This document shows positions 1 to 10,221 of a stretch of DNA of 64,000 nucleotides, piece by piece. The stretch lies in contig JAISNC010000061.1 in assembly GCA_031276355.1 (NCBI GenBank), forward strand, positions 17,285-81,284, written 5' to 3'. The notes under the pieces are model-generated. The model worked only from the letters and a program-made list of their open reading frames with translations. It ran no database searches and was not told the origin of the DNA. The position numbers and the translations under genes are program-made. Numbering within the stretch: position 1 is the stretch's first letter; each line of letters opens with the position of its first letter. This stretch comes from Odoribacteraceae bacterium (GTDB lineage Bacteria; Bacteroidota; Bacteroidia; Bacteroidales; Marinifilaceae).

Positions 1-1
1 G

Positions 2-226
2 TTCTACATGTCCGGTTCCAGCGGTGAAACGGCCTTCTATCCGGCGGGGGGCCTTCGCAACATCAATGGGGAGATGAGCAACGGGCGGGACAACGGTTAC
101 AGCCGGTCGTCCGCGCCGCTTAACAACGAGTTCGCTTTTTACTTGTATTTCAATTCGGAAAACATTATCCCGCAGAACGCCAATCATCGCAGCTTCGGCC
201 TCCCTACGCGCTGTATTCAAGAATAA
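2..226 (+). CDS. C-terminal fragment (5' end off-window) of a FISUMP-type (Fibrobacter succinogenes major paralogous domain) protein
   Basis: The frame is open from the window edge. The tail FYMSGSSGETAFYP...SSAPLN...RCIQE* aligns by eye with the C-terminus of the 26946-29192 ORF (FYMDGVGTGETAFYP...SSAPLN...SVRCIQE*). Confidence 0.7.
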   Translation, partial: FYMSGSSGETAFYPAGGLRNINGEMSNGRDNGYSRSSAPLNNEFAFYLYFNSENIIPQNANHRSFGLPTRCIQE

Positions 227-259
227 TGGCAAGGTTTTTTTGACCCGCGTTCCCCGCGG

Positions 260-1819
260 TTACCAATGACGAAACCCGACTGCTACTTGTTCGAGCAAGT
301 TTTTCAGATCGGTTTTCTCCTTGAGGATGACGGGGAGGCGGTCGATGGCAACCCGCTCCTGCGACATGGTGTCCCGGTCACGGATGGTGACGGTGTTCTC
401 CTCGAGGGAGAGGTGGTCAACGGTGATACAGAAGGGAGTGCCGATGGCATCCTGCCGGCGGTAGCGCTTCCCGATGGAGTCCTTCTCGTCGTACTGACAA
501 CGGAAATCAAGGCGGAGGCGCTGCACGATCTCCCCGGCTTTTTCCGGTAGCCCGTCCTTCTTCACGAGGGGCAGCACGGCCAACTTGATCGGTGCCAACG
601 CGGGCGGCAACTTGAGCACGACGCGCGTGTCGCCCGTGTCGGTGGCCTCCTCGCGGTAGGCGGCAGAGATCACCTGCAGGAACATCCGGTCGACACCGAT
701 GGAGGTCTCCACCACGTAAGGGACATACGATTCGTTTAGCTCCGGATCGAAGTACTGCATCCTCTTGCCGGAAAACTCCTGGTGGCGGGTTAGATCGAAG
801 TCGGTGCGGGAGTGTATCCCCTCCACCTCTTTAAAGCCGAAGGGGAAGCGATACTCGATATCGGTGGCGGCATTGGCGTAGTGGGCCAACTTCTCGTGGT
901 CGTGGAAGCGATAGCTGGCGGCCCCGAAGCCCAGCGCCTGGTGCCACGTCATGCGGATCTCCCGCCACCGCCGGAACCACTCCAACTCCGAACCGGGACG
1001 CACGAAGAACTGCATCTCCATCTGCTCGAACTCCCTCATGCGGAAGATAAACTGACGGGCCACGATCTCGTTACGGAACGCTTTACCGATTTGCGCGATG
1101 CCAAAGGGTATCTTCATCCGCCCGCTTTTCTGCACGTTCAGGAAGTTGACGAAGATCCCCTGGGCCGTCTCCGGGCGCAGGTATATCTTGCTGGCACCCT
1201 CGGCCGTGGACCCCATCTCGGTGGCAAACATCAGGTTGAACTGGCGAACCTCCGTCCAGTTGCACGTCCCGCAGACCGGGCAAACGATCTGGTTGTCAAC
1301 GATGATCTGCCGGAGTTCCACGAGGTCATTATCATTTAAGGCCTTGGCTAACCGGGCCACCAGCGCGTCTTTTTTCTCGACGTGTACCGTCACCTGCGGG
1401 TTCGTCTGCCGGAAGAGGGCCTCGTCGAAACGGTCGCCGAAGCGCTTACGGGCCTTCTCCACCTCTTTTTCCACCTTCTCCTCGTACTTGGCGATGTGCT
1501 CCTCGATCAACACGTCGGCTCGATAGCGCTTCTTGGAATCCTTGTTGTCGATCAGCGGGTCGTTGAACGCGTCCACGTGCCCGGACGCTTTCCAGATCGT
1601 GGGGTGCATGAAGATCGCGGAGTCCAGGCCAACGACATTCTCGTGCAACAGTACCATCGAATCCCACCAGTAGCGCTTGATATTGTTCTTTAACTCCACG
1701 CCGTATTGCCCGTAGTCATACACCGCTCCCAGGCCGTCGTATACCTCGGACGAGGGGAAGACGTACCCGTACTCCTTGCAATGGGCTACCAACTTTTTAA
1801 AAATATCCTCTTGTGCCAT
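260..1819 (-). CDS. glyQS: glycine--tRNA ligase (homodimeric class II type)
   Basis: 519 aa. N-terminus MAQEDIFKKLVAHCKEYGYVFPSSEVYDGLGAVYDYGQYGVELKNNIKRYWW is typical of GlyQS-type GlyRS. Length fits. Confidence 0.93.
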   Translation of the reverse strand: MAQEDIFKKLVAHCKEYGYVFPSSEVYDGLGAVYDYGQYGVELKNNIKRYWWDSMVLLHENVVGLDSAIFMHPTIWKASGHVDAFNDPLIDNKDSKKRYRADVLIEEHIAKYEEKVEKEVEKARKRFGDRFDEALFRQTNPQVTVHVEKKDALVARLAKALNDNDLVELRQIIVDNQIVCPVCGTCNWTEVRQFNLMFATEMGSTAEGASKIYLRPETAQGIFVNFLNVQKSGRMKIPFGIAQIGKAFRNEIVARQFIFRMREFEQMEMQFFVRPGSELEWFRRWREIRMTWHQALGFGAASYRFHDHEKLAHYANAATDIEYRFPFGFKEVEGIHSRTDFDLTRHQEFSGKRMQYFDPELNESYVPYVVETSIGVDRMFLQVISAAYREEATDTGDTRVVLKLPPALAPIKLAVLPLVKKDGLPEKAGEIVQRLRLDFRCQYDEKDSIGKRYRRQDAIGTPFCITVDHLSLEENTVTIRDRDTMSQERVAIDRLPVILKEKTDLKNLLEQVAVGFRHW

Positions 1820-1864
1820 CCTTATTTCTTTTTAACATCTGTCGGCAAAGGTAAGAAAGAAAAC

Positions 1865-1894
1865 AAAAAAGGCCCCGCGTACGGGGCCTTTTTT
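1865..1894 (-). terminator. intrinsic terminator hairpin downstream of groEL
   Basis: GGCCCCGCGTACGGGGCC stem-loop flanked by an A-run on one side and a T-run on the other, so it can act in both directions. Lies between the groEL stop and the glyQS start. Confidence 0.6.
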
Positions 1895-1911
1895 ACGGGC
1901 ATCACGTTATA

Positions 1912-3552
<1,641 letters not shown>

Positions 3553-3574
3553 TCAAGTTTTTAATGATTCAACG

Positions 3575-3844
3575 TTACAGGATGATTAAAATGTCGGATT
3601 GATTCATGACCAGGTACTTCTTGTCATCGATGTGAAACTCCGTGCCGGCATACTTGCCGAAAAGTACGGTATCCCCCACCTTGATCTCCATCGGTTCGTC
3701 ATGCTTCCCCTTCCCCGTTGCCACAACGATTCCCTTTTGCGGTTTCTCTTGGACGGTATCCGGGATAATGATACCCGCTGCCGTTTTGGTCTCTGCCTCT
3801 ACCGGCTCTACGATAATTTTGTTAAGAATAGTCTTTAGTGCCAT
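3575..3844 (-). CDS. groES: co-chaperonin GroES
   Basis: 89 aa, immediately upstream of groEL on the same strand. ...[25 protein letters not shown]... is a GroES signature. Confidence 0.96.
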   Translation of the reverse strand: MALKTILNKIIVEPVEAETKTAAGIIIPDTVQEKPQKGIVVATGKGKHDEPMEIKVGDTVLFGKYAGTEFHIDDKKYLVMNQSDILIIL

Positions 3845-3985
3845 AACTCTTACCTTTAAATTAATTATATTCGTGTTTTAATAATCTGATCCGACCACTT
3901 GCATTTTCCGTGCCAAAGAAAAAAAATGCCAGCATGCATGACATACTGACATTGTACCATCGAGACAAGATGACCCGGCATCCCG

Positions 3986-4342
3986 TCAATCGCCCTCTTC
4001 TTGAAGCGGCAGGTTCGTATTTTCACCACCAAGCCCCTGGGCGGGGAAATTCGGTGCCGTCGATGCCGGCCCGTTGTTGTTCAACTGTCCGTCTAACACG
4101 GAGCCGCTCCCCTGTTCACCGCGGGGCACAAGCATGGAGGCGACAAGGCACAGCACGAACAACGAGCCTGCCAGCGTCCACGTGGCCTTTTCCAGGAAAT
4201 CGGTCGTCTTCCTCACCCCCATGATCTGGTTGGAAGCGGCGAACGAGGAGGCCAACCCGCCCCCCTTGGAGTTTTGCACCAGCACGATCAATATCAGCAG
4301 GATACAAATAACAATCAGTAAAATCGAAATCGTGGTATACAT
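3986..4342 (-). CDS. secG: preprotein translocase subunit SecG
   Basis: 118 aa. Hydrophobic N-terminal helix followed by VLVQNSKGGGLASSFAASNQIMGVRKTTDFLEK, typical of SecG. Confidence 0.85.
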   Translation of the reverse strand: MYTTISILLIVICILLILIVLVQNSKGGGLASSFAASNQIMGVRKTTDFLEKATWTLAGSLFVLCLVASMLVPRGEQGSGSVLDGQLNNNGPASTAPNFPAQGLGGENTNLPLQEEGD

Positions 4343-4345
4343 GGC

Positions 4346-5032
4346 TTATCTTGTATTATGTTTCTTTAATTCATTCGCTTTATCAATCAAGCGCGCAAAG
4401 TAAATACTTTTTTCCGGATATTTCAAACTTAATTGCGTGTAAGTCGTGATCGCCTTATCGTATAACCGCTGTTTCAGGTAGATCTTTGCCAACGTCTCCG
4501 AGAAGAACTCCTCATCGGGGTCTCGTGGCCGTTCGTCGGTAACCTCTTCGCCCCTCCCCCCCGGCACGACCCTCGGCATAACCGGTTCCCGCCGGATAAA
4601 GAGATCGATGGGATCATCCTGCGCCTCGGCCCGCGGCTCCTGCACCTCCTCGGGGAACTCGTCCTCCAAGCGGTATACCGTCGGGAGGGTGACCCCGGGA
4701 GAGCGACGCAACACCCCGCGGCTATCCTCCCGGATAAACTCGAAGGTCTCTCTCTCGCCGGCGACGGCAGCAACGTCCCGCCGCTCCGTCATCCCGCCGC
4801 CAAAAGGCGGCAACCCGCGTAAATAGCGATAGAGTTGCTTGGCATCAGGCACGTGGATGGCGTGTTGCTTTAACTTTTCAGGAAAGGAGGGGCGATCGAC
4901 GTCGAACGCTCTTTTCAGGCAGAGCAGGCGAGGGACGAAAAAATAGGGGAACTCCTCGACGAGCGCGGCAACGAGCCGGATCTCCTCGTCGCCACACCTC
5001 CCGGTGGCCAAGTAGTCAAACAGTCGTTCCAT
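4346..5032 (-). CDS. hypothetical protein with C-terminal TPR-like helix pair
   Basis: 228 aa. Acidic/Pro-rich middle. C-terminal ...TLAKIYLKQRLYDKAITTYTQLSLKYPEKSIYFARLIDKANELKK. Tightly packed between the LptE-like gene and secG. Confidence 0.65.
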   Translation of the reverse strand: MERLFDYLATGRCGDEEIRLVAALVEEFPYFFVPRLLCLKRAFDVDRPSFPEKLKQHAIHVPDAKQLYRYLRGLPPFGGGMTERRDVAAVAGERETFEFIREDSRGVLRRSPGVTLPTVYRLEDEFPEEVQEPRAEAQDDPIDLFIRREPVMPRVVPGGRGEEVTDERPRDPDEEFFSETLAKIYLKQRLYDKAITTYTQLSLKYPEKSIYFARLIDKANELKKHNTR

Positions 5033-5046
5033 GATTCCCGGGAGCG

Positions 5047-5562
5047 TTACCAGTTCACGAGGGCCTTGTTAAAGACATCCTCGATGATCTTATCCGTGAT
5101 CTTCTTCAGCAATTCCACCTCGATGGAGGAGTAATCCTGGTCGACACCGAAATCCTCGTAGTGCGAGAAACTGGTATCGAAACTATCCGACTCCTTCTCC
5201 GACTTCGTGTTCACGAACTTCACTTGAATCGTCACCGTCAGGCGGTTGTGGGCCGCCACCTCGTCCCGTTGTATCTCCATGGGGCGTTGCGAGAAACTGG
5301 TGATCTGCCCCGAGAAACGGATATCCCCGTTGTTGTCGGTCACCTCGTTCAGCGAGGTACGGGAGCGGAGATAGGCCTTGAGGGCCTCCGTGAAATCGGA
5401 ACCGAGGTTCGGCGCGAAGGGCGTCTTGTTCGAGAAAAAATCCACGGAGAAGGTCTTCACCGAGGCATCAAGCGTGACCCCCTTGAAACCGTAAGAGACC
5501 TTCTCCAACTTGCACCCGATAAAGGCACACGCGACGAGCAACAGGAAGGGTATTCTTTTCAT
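5047..5562 (-). CDS. LptE-like LPS-assembly lipoprotein
   Basis: 171 aa. Lipobox MKRIPFLLLVACAFIGC. Size and position next to secG fit the Bacteroidota LptE family. The family assignment comes from memory of that family, not from a search. Confidence 0.55.
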   Translation of the reverse strand: MKRIPFLLLVACAFIGCKLEKVSYGFKGVTLDASVKTFSVDFFSNKTPFAPNLGSDFTEALKAYLRSRTSLNEVTDNNGDIRFSGQITSFSQRPMEIQRDEVAAHNRLTVTIQVKFVNTKSEKESDSFDTSFSHYEDFGVDQDYSSIEVELLKKITDKIIEDVFNKALVNW

Positions 5563-5583
5563 GCTATATCTCTTTTAAACCTC

Positions 5584-6822
5584 TTATTCACCGTCGAGAT
5601 TATACTCCTTGAGCTTCCGGTAAAGCGTTCGTTCCGATATCCCAAGGTCCAGGGCGGCCCCCTTGCGTCGGCCGTGATTCTTCTCCAAGGCACGAACGAT
5701 CAGTTCCTTCTCTTTCTCCTCCAGCGAGAAAGACTCCTCGACCACCTCCTCCGTGTCCTCGATCGACGCGTCGTGATCCATTTTGTGCCCCCGCCCGCCG
5801 TTCGCCCGGATAAAATCGGGCACGGGGCGACGGGCATCGTATGGCTCCCGGAAGAGGAGCGACGAGCGTTCGACACCGTCTTCACCGGGAGGCTGTTCTC
5901 GCGACAGGTCGAGGAGCAGCTGTTTCAAGTCGGCAATCTCCCGTTTCATGTCAAAGAGGATCTTGTACAAGATCTCCCGCTCGTTCGCGAATCCCCGGTC
6001 GCCCTCCGGGTCACGGGCCAGCGCGGGCAACGGATGAGCGTCCGAGGGGAGATAGGCGCGCAGGGTGGCCGCGCTCACGTTCCTCGCCTGCTCGAGGATC
6101 GAGATCTGCTCGGTGACGTTCTTCAACTGCCGGACGTTCCCGGGCCAGCGATACCCCTCCAGGACGATGACCGCCTCCTCCGTGAGCCGCGCGGGGGGCA
6201 TCCGGTACTTCTCCGCCACGTCGGCAGCGAATTTACGGAACAGCAAGGAGATATCCCCCTCCCTCTCCCGCAACGGCGGCACGTGGATGGGCATCATGCT
6301 AAGGCGGTAGTAGAGATCCTCGCGGAACTTGCCCCGGCTCATCGCGACGGGAAGATCGACATTCGTGGCGGCGATCACGCGGACGTTCGTCTTCTGTACC
6401 CGGGACGATCCCACGCGAAAGAACTCCCCGGCCTCCAGCACGCGCAACAACTTGGATTGCGTCGCCAGCGGCAACTCGCCCACCTCGTCCAGGAAGATCG
6501 TCCCCCCGTCACACTCCTCGAAATAGCCCTTCCGCTCGGAGAGCGCCCCCGTGAACGATCCCTTCTCGTGGCCGAACAACTCGGAGTCGATCGTCCCCTC
6601 CGGGATGGCACCGCAGTTCACGGCGATATACCGCGCGTGCTTGCGATGGCTGTGCGCGTGAATGATGCGCGGGAAGACCTCCTTCCCGACACCGCTCTCC
6701 CCCGTGATCAACACGGTGATCTCCGTGGGTGCCACCTGGAGCGCCATCTCGATCGCGCGTTCGAGCCCCGCGTCGTTACCGATGATCTCGAAGCGCTGTT
6801 TAATTGTCTTGATCTCTTCCAT
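5584..6822 (-). CDS. sigma-54-dependent transcriptional activator (AAA+ plus Fis-type HTH, no N-terminal receiver domain)
   Basis: 412 aa. Walker A GESGVGKE, GSFTGA (a GAFTGA variant), RVIAATN, C-terminal HTH AALDLGISERTLYRKLKEY. The AAA+ domain starts almost at residue 1. Confidence 0.9.
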   Translation of the reverse strand: MEEIKTIKQRFEIIGNDAGLERAIEMALQVAPTEITVLITGESGVGKEVFPRIIHAHSHRKHARYIAVNCGAIPEGTIDSELFGHEKGSFTGALSERKGYFEECDGGTIFLDEVGELPLATQSKLLRVLEAGEFFRVGSSRVQKTNVRVIAATNVDLPVAMSRGKFREDLYYRLSMMPIHVPPLREREGDISLLFRKFAADVAEKYRMPPARLTEEAVIVLEGYRWPGNVRQLKNVTEQISILEQARNVSAATLRAYLPSDAHPLPALARDPEGDRGFANEREILYKILFDMKREIADLKQLLLDLSREQPPGEDGVERSSLLFREPYDARRPVPDFIRANGGRGHKMDHDASIEDTEEVVEESFSLEEKEKELIVRALEKNHGRRKGAALDLGISERTLYRKLKEYNLDGE

Positions 6823-7036
6823 GCTCTCTCGTTATTTAATAAACACAACATGCTGTTATTATCGCCTGCAAAAATAGCAGAATACTGACAAAATAACATG
6901 TAACGCGCCGCGAATTATTTTATTTTTTTTCCCGCTGACGACGGGGCGATTGGAACGGGACGTAAAATGGAGTACATTCGCGTCGTCCCGCACGGGAAGA
7001 AGCACACAACCGTATCTTGTTAAGACGACACGCGAC

Positions 7037-7636
7037 ATGAACGTAAAGAAACGTGAGCAAGACGCCCACACGGGCGAGTTATCAAAAAACCTCCGGAGGG
7101 GCGAAGAGCAGGCTTTCGCGCTCCTCTTCCGCTCGTATTACGGGGGGCTGGTGAGCTATGCCTCCCGGATCCTGCGCGACGCGGAACTGGCTAACGACAC
7201 GGTACAGGAGACTTTTTGCCGCCTGTACGAGCACCGCGAGCGGATCACGATCACCTTTTCCATCAAATCCTACCTCTACAAGACGGTCTACAACGCCTGC
7301 CTCGACGCGATCAAGCACCGCGCGGTGGAACACGCCTACGTGAATCGCGAGTTGCTTGATTTTTATTTCTCCAAGATCGTGCAGGCCCCGGAAGCCGAGA
7401 TGGCGCTACAAGACGAGACCGTCGGCGAAGAGCTCCGTAAAGCCATCGCCCGGCTACCGGAACGATGCCGGGAAATCTTCGTGCTAAGCAAGCACGAGGG
7501 GTTATCCAACAAGCAAGTCGCGGCCCGCCTGAAGATCTCCGAGAAAACCGTGGAGGCCCAGATGACGCGGGCCTTGTTTCGCCTGCGGAAGGACCTGGAG
7601 TGGCTACTGTGCCTACTCCTCCTCGGGCAAGCCTGA
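7037..7636 (+). CDS. RNA polymerase ECF-type sigma-70 factor
   Basis: Region 2 (FALLFRSYYGGLVSYASRIL..., YLYKTVYNACLDAIKH) and region 4 (REIFVLSKHEGLSNKQVAARLKISEKTVEAQMTRAL). I prefer the internal ATG at 7037 (MNVKKRE...) over the 6950 start in the ORF track. Confidence 0.85.
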   Translation: MNVKKREQDAHTGELSKNLRRGEEQAFALLFRSYYGGLVSYASRILRDAELANDTVQETFCRLYEHRERITITFSIKSYLYKTVYNACLDAIKHRAVEHAYVNRELLDFYFSKIVQAPEAEMALQDETVGEELRKAIARLPERCREIFVLSKHEGLSNKQVAARLKISEKTVEAQMTRALFRLRKDLEWLLCLLLLGQA

Positions 7637-7889
7637 CAACCCGTGTTTTGGGTAAGCCAACGCCTCATCCCCCCTGAAAATCGCGCACGACCCGTTTGCC
7701 TTCACGACCGTGACATGGCGAAAAAACGACGGGGCCGTGGCGCACTTCGCCCCGGTTGGCCTCGCCGGGTTTCGCTTCGATTGGCTTCGCCAGATCTCGC
7801 TTCCCCGTGGGGCAATCGCCACCCTCTTGCCTCTTAACTTGATGACATTGTGCTTCAGCTTACGGCCGCAGGGACGACACTTGATTAAG

Positions 7890-8227
7890 AACCAGAGTTT
7901 TGGATAAGCCCACTCCTTGTTCAGCCTACAAAACAACCCGCGTGGCGATAAGTCATAAGTCAGGCAATAACCTCATTTTCACCTAATTCAATCAACTAAA
8001 CAACCTCAGTAGCGAGGTACGGGAAATATAAAAAATAACAACCTAATTACCTCATTCCCGTGAGAATGAGAATACGATGGTTTCGACGAGCCCGGCCACC
8101 GGCGACCGGTGTTGTATCGCCGTACCGTTGACTTTGAATAAGAAACGGGTAAATTAATGAGCTACTGAGGTTGTTTTGTTGATTGAATTAGGTAGAAATG
8201 AGGTTTATTTTATCCAAGACTCTGGTT
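7890..8227. repeat. long imperfect inverted repeat (arms 7966-8013 and 8161-8209, outer boxes 7890-7907 and 8210-8227) around a 147-nt core
   Basis: The reverse complement of 8161-8209 matches 7966-8013 at about 44 of 48 positions. AACCAGAGTTTTGGATAA (7890-7907) is complementary to 8210-8227 with one mismatch. Confidence 0.85.
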
Positions 8228-8228
8228 T

Positions 8229-8321
8229 AGAGTGTCGCAAGACTCTTTGAGAGTGTTGCGACACTCTTTGAGAGTGTCACGAGACTCTCTGAGAGTGTCG
8301 CACGGCTCTTTGAGAGTCTCG
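8229..8321. repeat. tandem array, 4.4 copies of a 21-bp unit (consensus AGAGTGTCGCnnGACTCTTTG), each unit an imperfect palindrome
   Basis: Units at 8229-8249, 8250-8270, 8271-8291 and 8292-8312, plus a partial unit from 8313. Unit 2 is AGAGTGT-tgcg-ACACTCT. Confidence 0.9.
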
Positions 8322-8483
8322 TTCAACTACTTTTAACCAAAGTCGATTTCAGGCCACGACACGGGCAACTCGCCCTGTTTTAACTACTTGTTCTTCTCCC
8401 TCTATCCTTCTTGGAATAGCACCCGAACACTTGAAGCGTTCGAGTAATGGTGCATCCTGTGCATAGAATGTTTTTTACAAGCG

Positions 8484-8577
8484 GGGCTTATCCAAAACTC
8501 AGGTTAAGAGGGCGTGTCAAAAGTCGGATTTCGGAGGGGGGGTACCTCGCATCCCGAACGGGATGCCAAGCGCATGA
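8484..8577. repeat. copy of the dispersed REP-like element (GTGTCAAAAGTCGGATTTCGG... GCATCCCGAACGGGATGC hairpin), preceded by a 17-nt box complementary to 7895-7911
   Basis: GGGCTTATCCAAAACTC (8484-8500) is the perfect reverse complement of 7895-7911. 8514-8534 matches 26544-26563 and, in inverted orientation, 26792-26811. Confidence 0.8.
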
Positions 8578-8597
8578 CGCGATCCCGGGAGAGCCGG

Positions 8598-10217
8598 TTA
8601 CTCGGTGGCGAGTTCCCACTTGACGAAGTACTCGCCGGCGAGGATCTTCGCGCGGATATCCGCTTGCATGGAGGCGGGGTACTTCGGGACGACGCGGTCG
8701 GCGACGAAGGTGGCGTAGTCGTTGCCGTAGCGACGGGCGAAGCGTATCATCGCGGGATATACCTTGCCCTCGCAGGGGAACTCCAGCAGGATCTCGTTGA
8801 GGATCGCCTCGTCGTAGGCGCGGATCTTCTCCTCGTCACTGACGGAAGTGTCGTCGTACCGCGGGAGGTCGTACGGCGCCAGGTCGTTGGCACCGCGGAT
8901 GCCGATGTTGGGCTTCGATCCCGACCAGTTAACTCCCCACGAGGCGGCATCACCGTAGAGATCCCACGTGATCGCGTTGGCCCCCCAGCGGGCGCCCACG
9001 CCGTTGTTAAGGATACTCTCCGCCTCGTCCCAGTGCCCGGTGTGGTTAAAGGCCTCCACGAGCATGAGGTGGAGGTCGTGCGGGCGATAGATGTTGATGT
9101 GCACGTCGTTGCGGTAGGCGGGGCGGACGGCCTCGTCGAGGTAGCGGCGCATCACGCGCTGGCCATCGCGGGTGCCGGTAAGTCGCCCGCCGCGGCGGGT
9201 GTCGCCGTCGGTGCCGAGGTCTTTCCGCGGCTGCGAGCGGTAACGTTCAACGCCGTACTCGGAGGGGCGCAGGTAGTACTTGCAGGGGAAGACGTTCTCG
9301 AAGTAGTCGATGAGGCGGTTCGTCTGGTTGTTATCATACTGGTAGACGATGGCCGAGATAAGGAACTTCGACTGGGTGCTGATCTCGTCGGCGAACATGG
9401 CGTTGTACTTCCCGCGCCACCAGTCGCTAAGGCTCCACTGCTCGGAGGTCTTGACGAAGGCCTCGTTGAGGAAGGGCCAGACGAGGTCGATGACCCCCTG
9501 GTAGTTGCCCAGCCAGAGGTATATCTCGCTCAAGAGGGGGACGTGGTTGGGGGTCATGAAGCCCCAGTGGATGTAGGCGGCGTTGTTCGGGTCGCTGGGG
9601 TTGATGATGGCGGCCCAGTTGAGGGCGTGGGAACCGTCGATCCCCTCGACACCGACCTCGAGCAACTCCCTGCACTTGACTAACAGCTGGTCAAGCTCCA
9701 GGAGAGGGTGGTCGTTCATGGATTTATACTCGGTCAGCGGCTCGTCGAAGTAGATGGCCCGGCCGTATATCTTGGCCAGCGTGAAGTAAGCCCAGGCCTT
9801 GACGCGGAGCGTCCCGCTAACGAGGCAGCGGTAGTGATCCGCGTCGACGACCTCGGGGTGCGCGTCGCGATACGCCTTCACCTTCTGGAGGTAGTCGTTG
9901 CAGCTGATGATCACGTCGTAGTAGCCGCGGGGGTCGGCGTAGGGGTTCCCCTGCCGGTGCTCGTAGGAGTAGATCTCGCGCAACTCCTGCGGGGTGTTCT
10001 CGGTCGGCTCGAGGTAGTCGGCGCGGGTATCCGTGAGGAAGATGGCGTGATCGCCGACGGCCTGCATCTTGGTGATGATGCCGAGGAAGCCGGAGTAGAT
10101 CTCGCTCTGCGTGCCGATGTACTCCTCGGCGTTGTAGATATCCTTGGGATCGGTGATAAAGAACTCCTCGCAGGCGAGGCAGAGGGTACCGATCAGCATG
10201 TATAGTGTTTTTCTCAT
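8598..10217 (-). CDS. RagB/SusD-family nutrient-binding outer-membrane lipoprotein
   Basis: 539 aa. Lipobox LCLAC. Lies directly downstream (4 nt) of a SusC-like gene. SusD-like length and aromatic-rich composition. Confidence 0.88.
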   Translation of the reverse strand: MRKTLYMLIGTLCLACEEFFITDPKDIYNAEEYIGTQSEIYSGFLGIITKMQAVGDHAIFLTDTRADYLEPTENTPQELREIYSYEHRQGNPYADPRGYYDVIISCNDYLQKVKAYRDAHPEVVDADHYRCLVSGTLRVKAWAYFTLAKIYGRAIYFDEPLTEYKSMNDHPLLELDQLLVKCRELLEVGVEGIDGSHALNWAAIINPSDPNNAAYIHWGFMTPNHVPLLSEIYLWLGNYQGVIDLVWPFLNEAFVKTSEQWSLSDWWRGKYNAMFADEISTQSKFLISAIVYQYDNNQTNRLIDYFENVFPCKYYLRPSEYGVERYRSQPRKDLGTDGDTRRGGRLTGTRDGQRVMRRYLDEAVRPAYRNDVHINIYRPHDLHLMLVEAFNHTGHWDEAESILNNGVGARWGANAITWDLYGDAASWGVNWSGSKPNIGIRGANDLAPYDLPRYDDTSVSDEEKIRAYDEAILNEILLEFPCEGKVYPAMIRFARRYGNDYATFVADRVVPKYPASMQADIRAKILAGEYFVKWELATE

Positions 10218-10221
10218 CGTG

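Noticed and set aside
5161-6888. 575-aa plus-strand ORF
   Set aside because: It lies entirely antisense to the well-supported LptE-like and sigma-54 activator genes. Its R/G/P/L/H-rich, low-complexity translation is typical of the reverse frame of GC-rich coding DNA. No recognisable domain.
6950-7036. Upstream extension of the ECF sigma ORF (start at 6950)
   Set aside because: The extra 29 residues (MERDVKWSTFASSRTGRSTQPYLVKTTRD) are not sigma-like, and the ORF would begin inside the divergent promoter region. The internal ATG at 7037 gives a normal-length ECF sigma.
7966-8209. Retron msr/msd, tracrRNA or IS-guide RNA interpretation of the long inverted repeat
   Set aside because: The window has no reverse transcriptase, Cas, IscB/TnpB or IS110-type gene next to it. 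The flanked-by-inverted-repeat layout alone is not diagnostic. I kept it as an unexplained structured element.
8229-8321. CRISPR array interpretation of the 21-bp repeats (the same question applies to the 23-bp repeats at 37478-37570)
   Set aside because: The units are directly contiguous with no spacers and are shorter than CRISPR repeats. No cas genes are in the window.
8514-9683. 389-aa plus-strand ORF starting in the intergenic repeat
   Set aside because: It starts inside a REP-like element (translation MSKVGFRRGGTSHPERD...) and then runs antisense to SusD. The same repeat yields similar pseudo-peptides at 26.5 kb.
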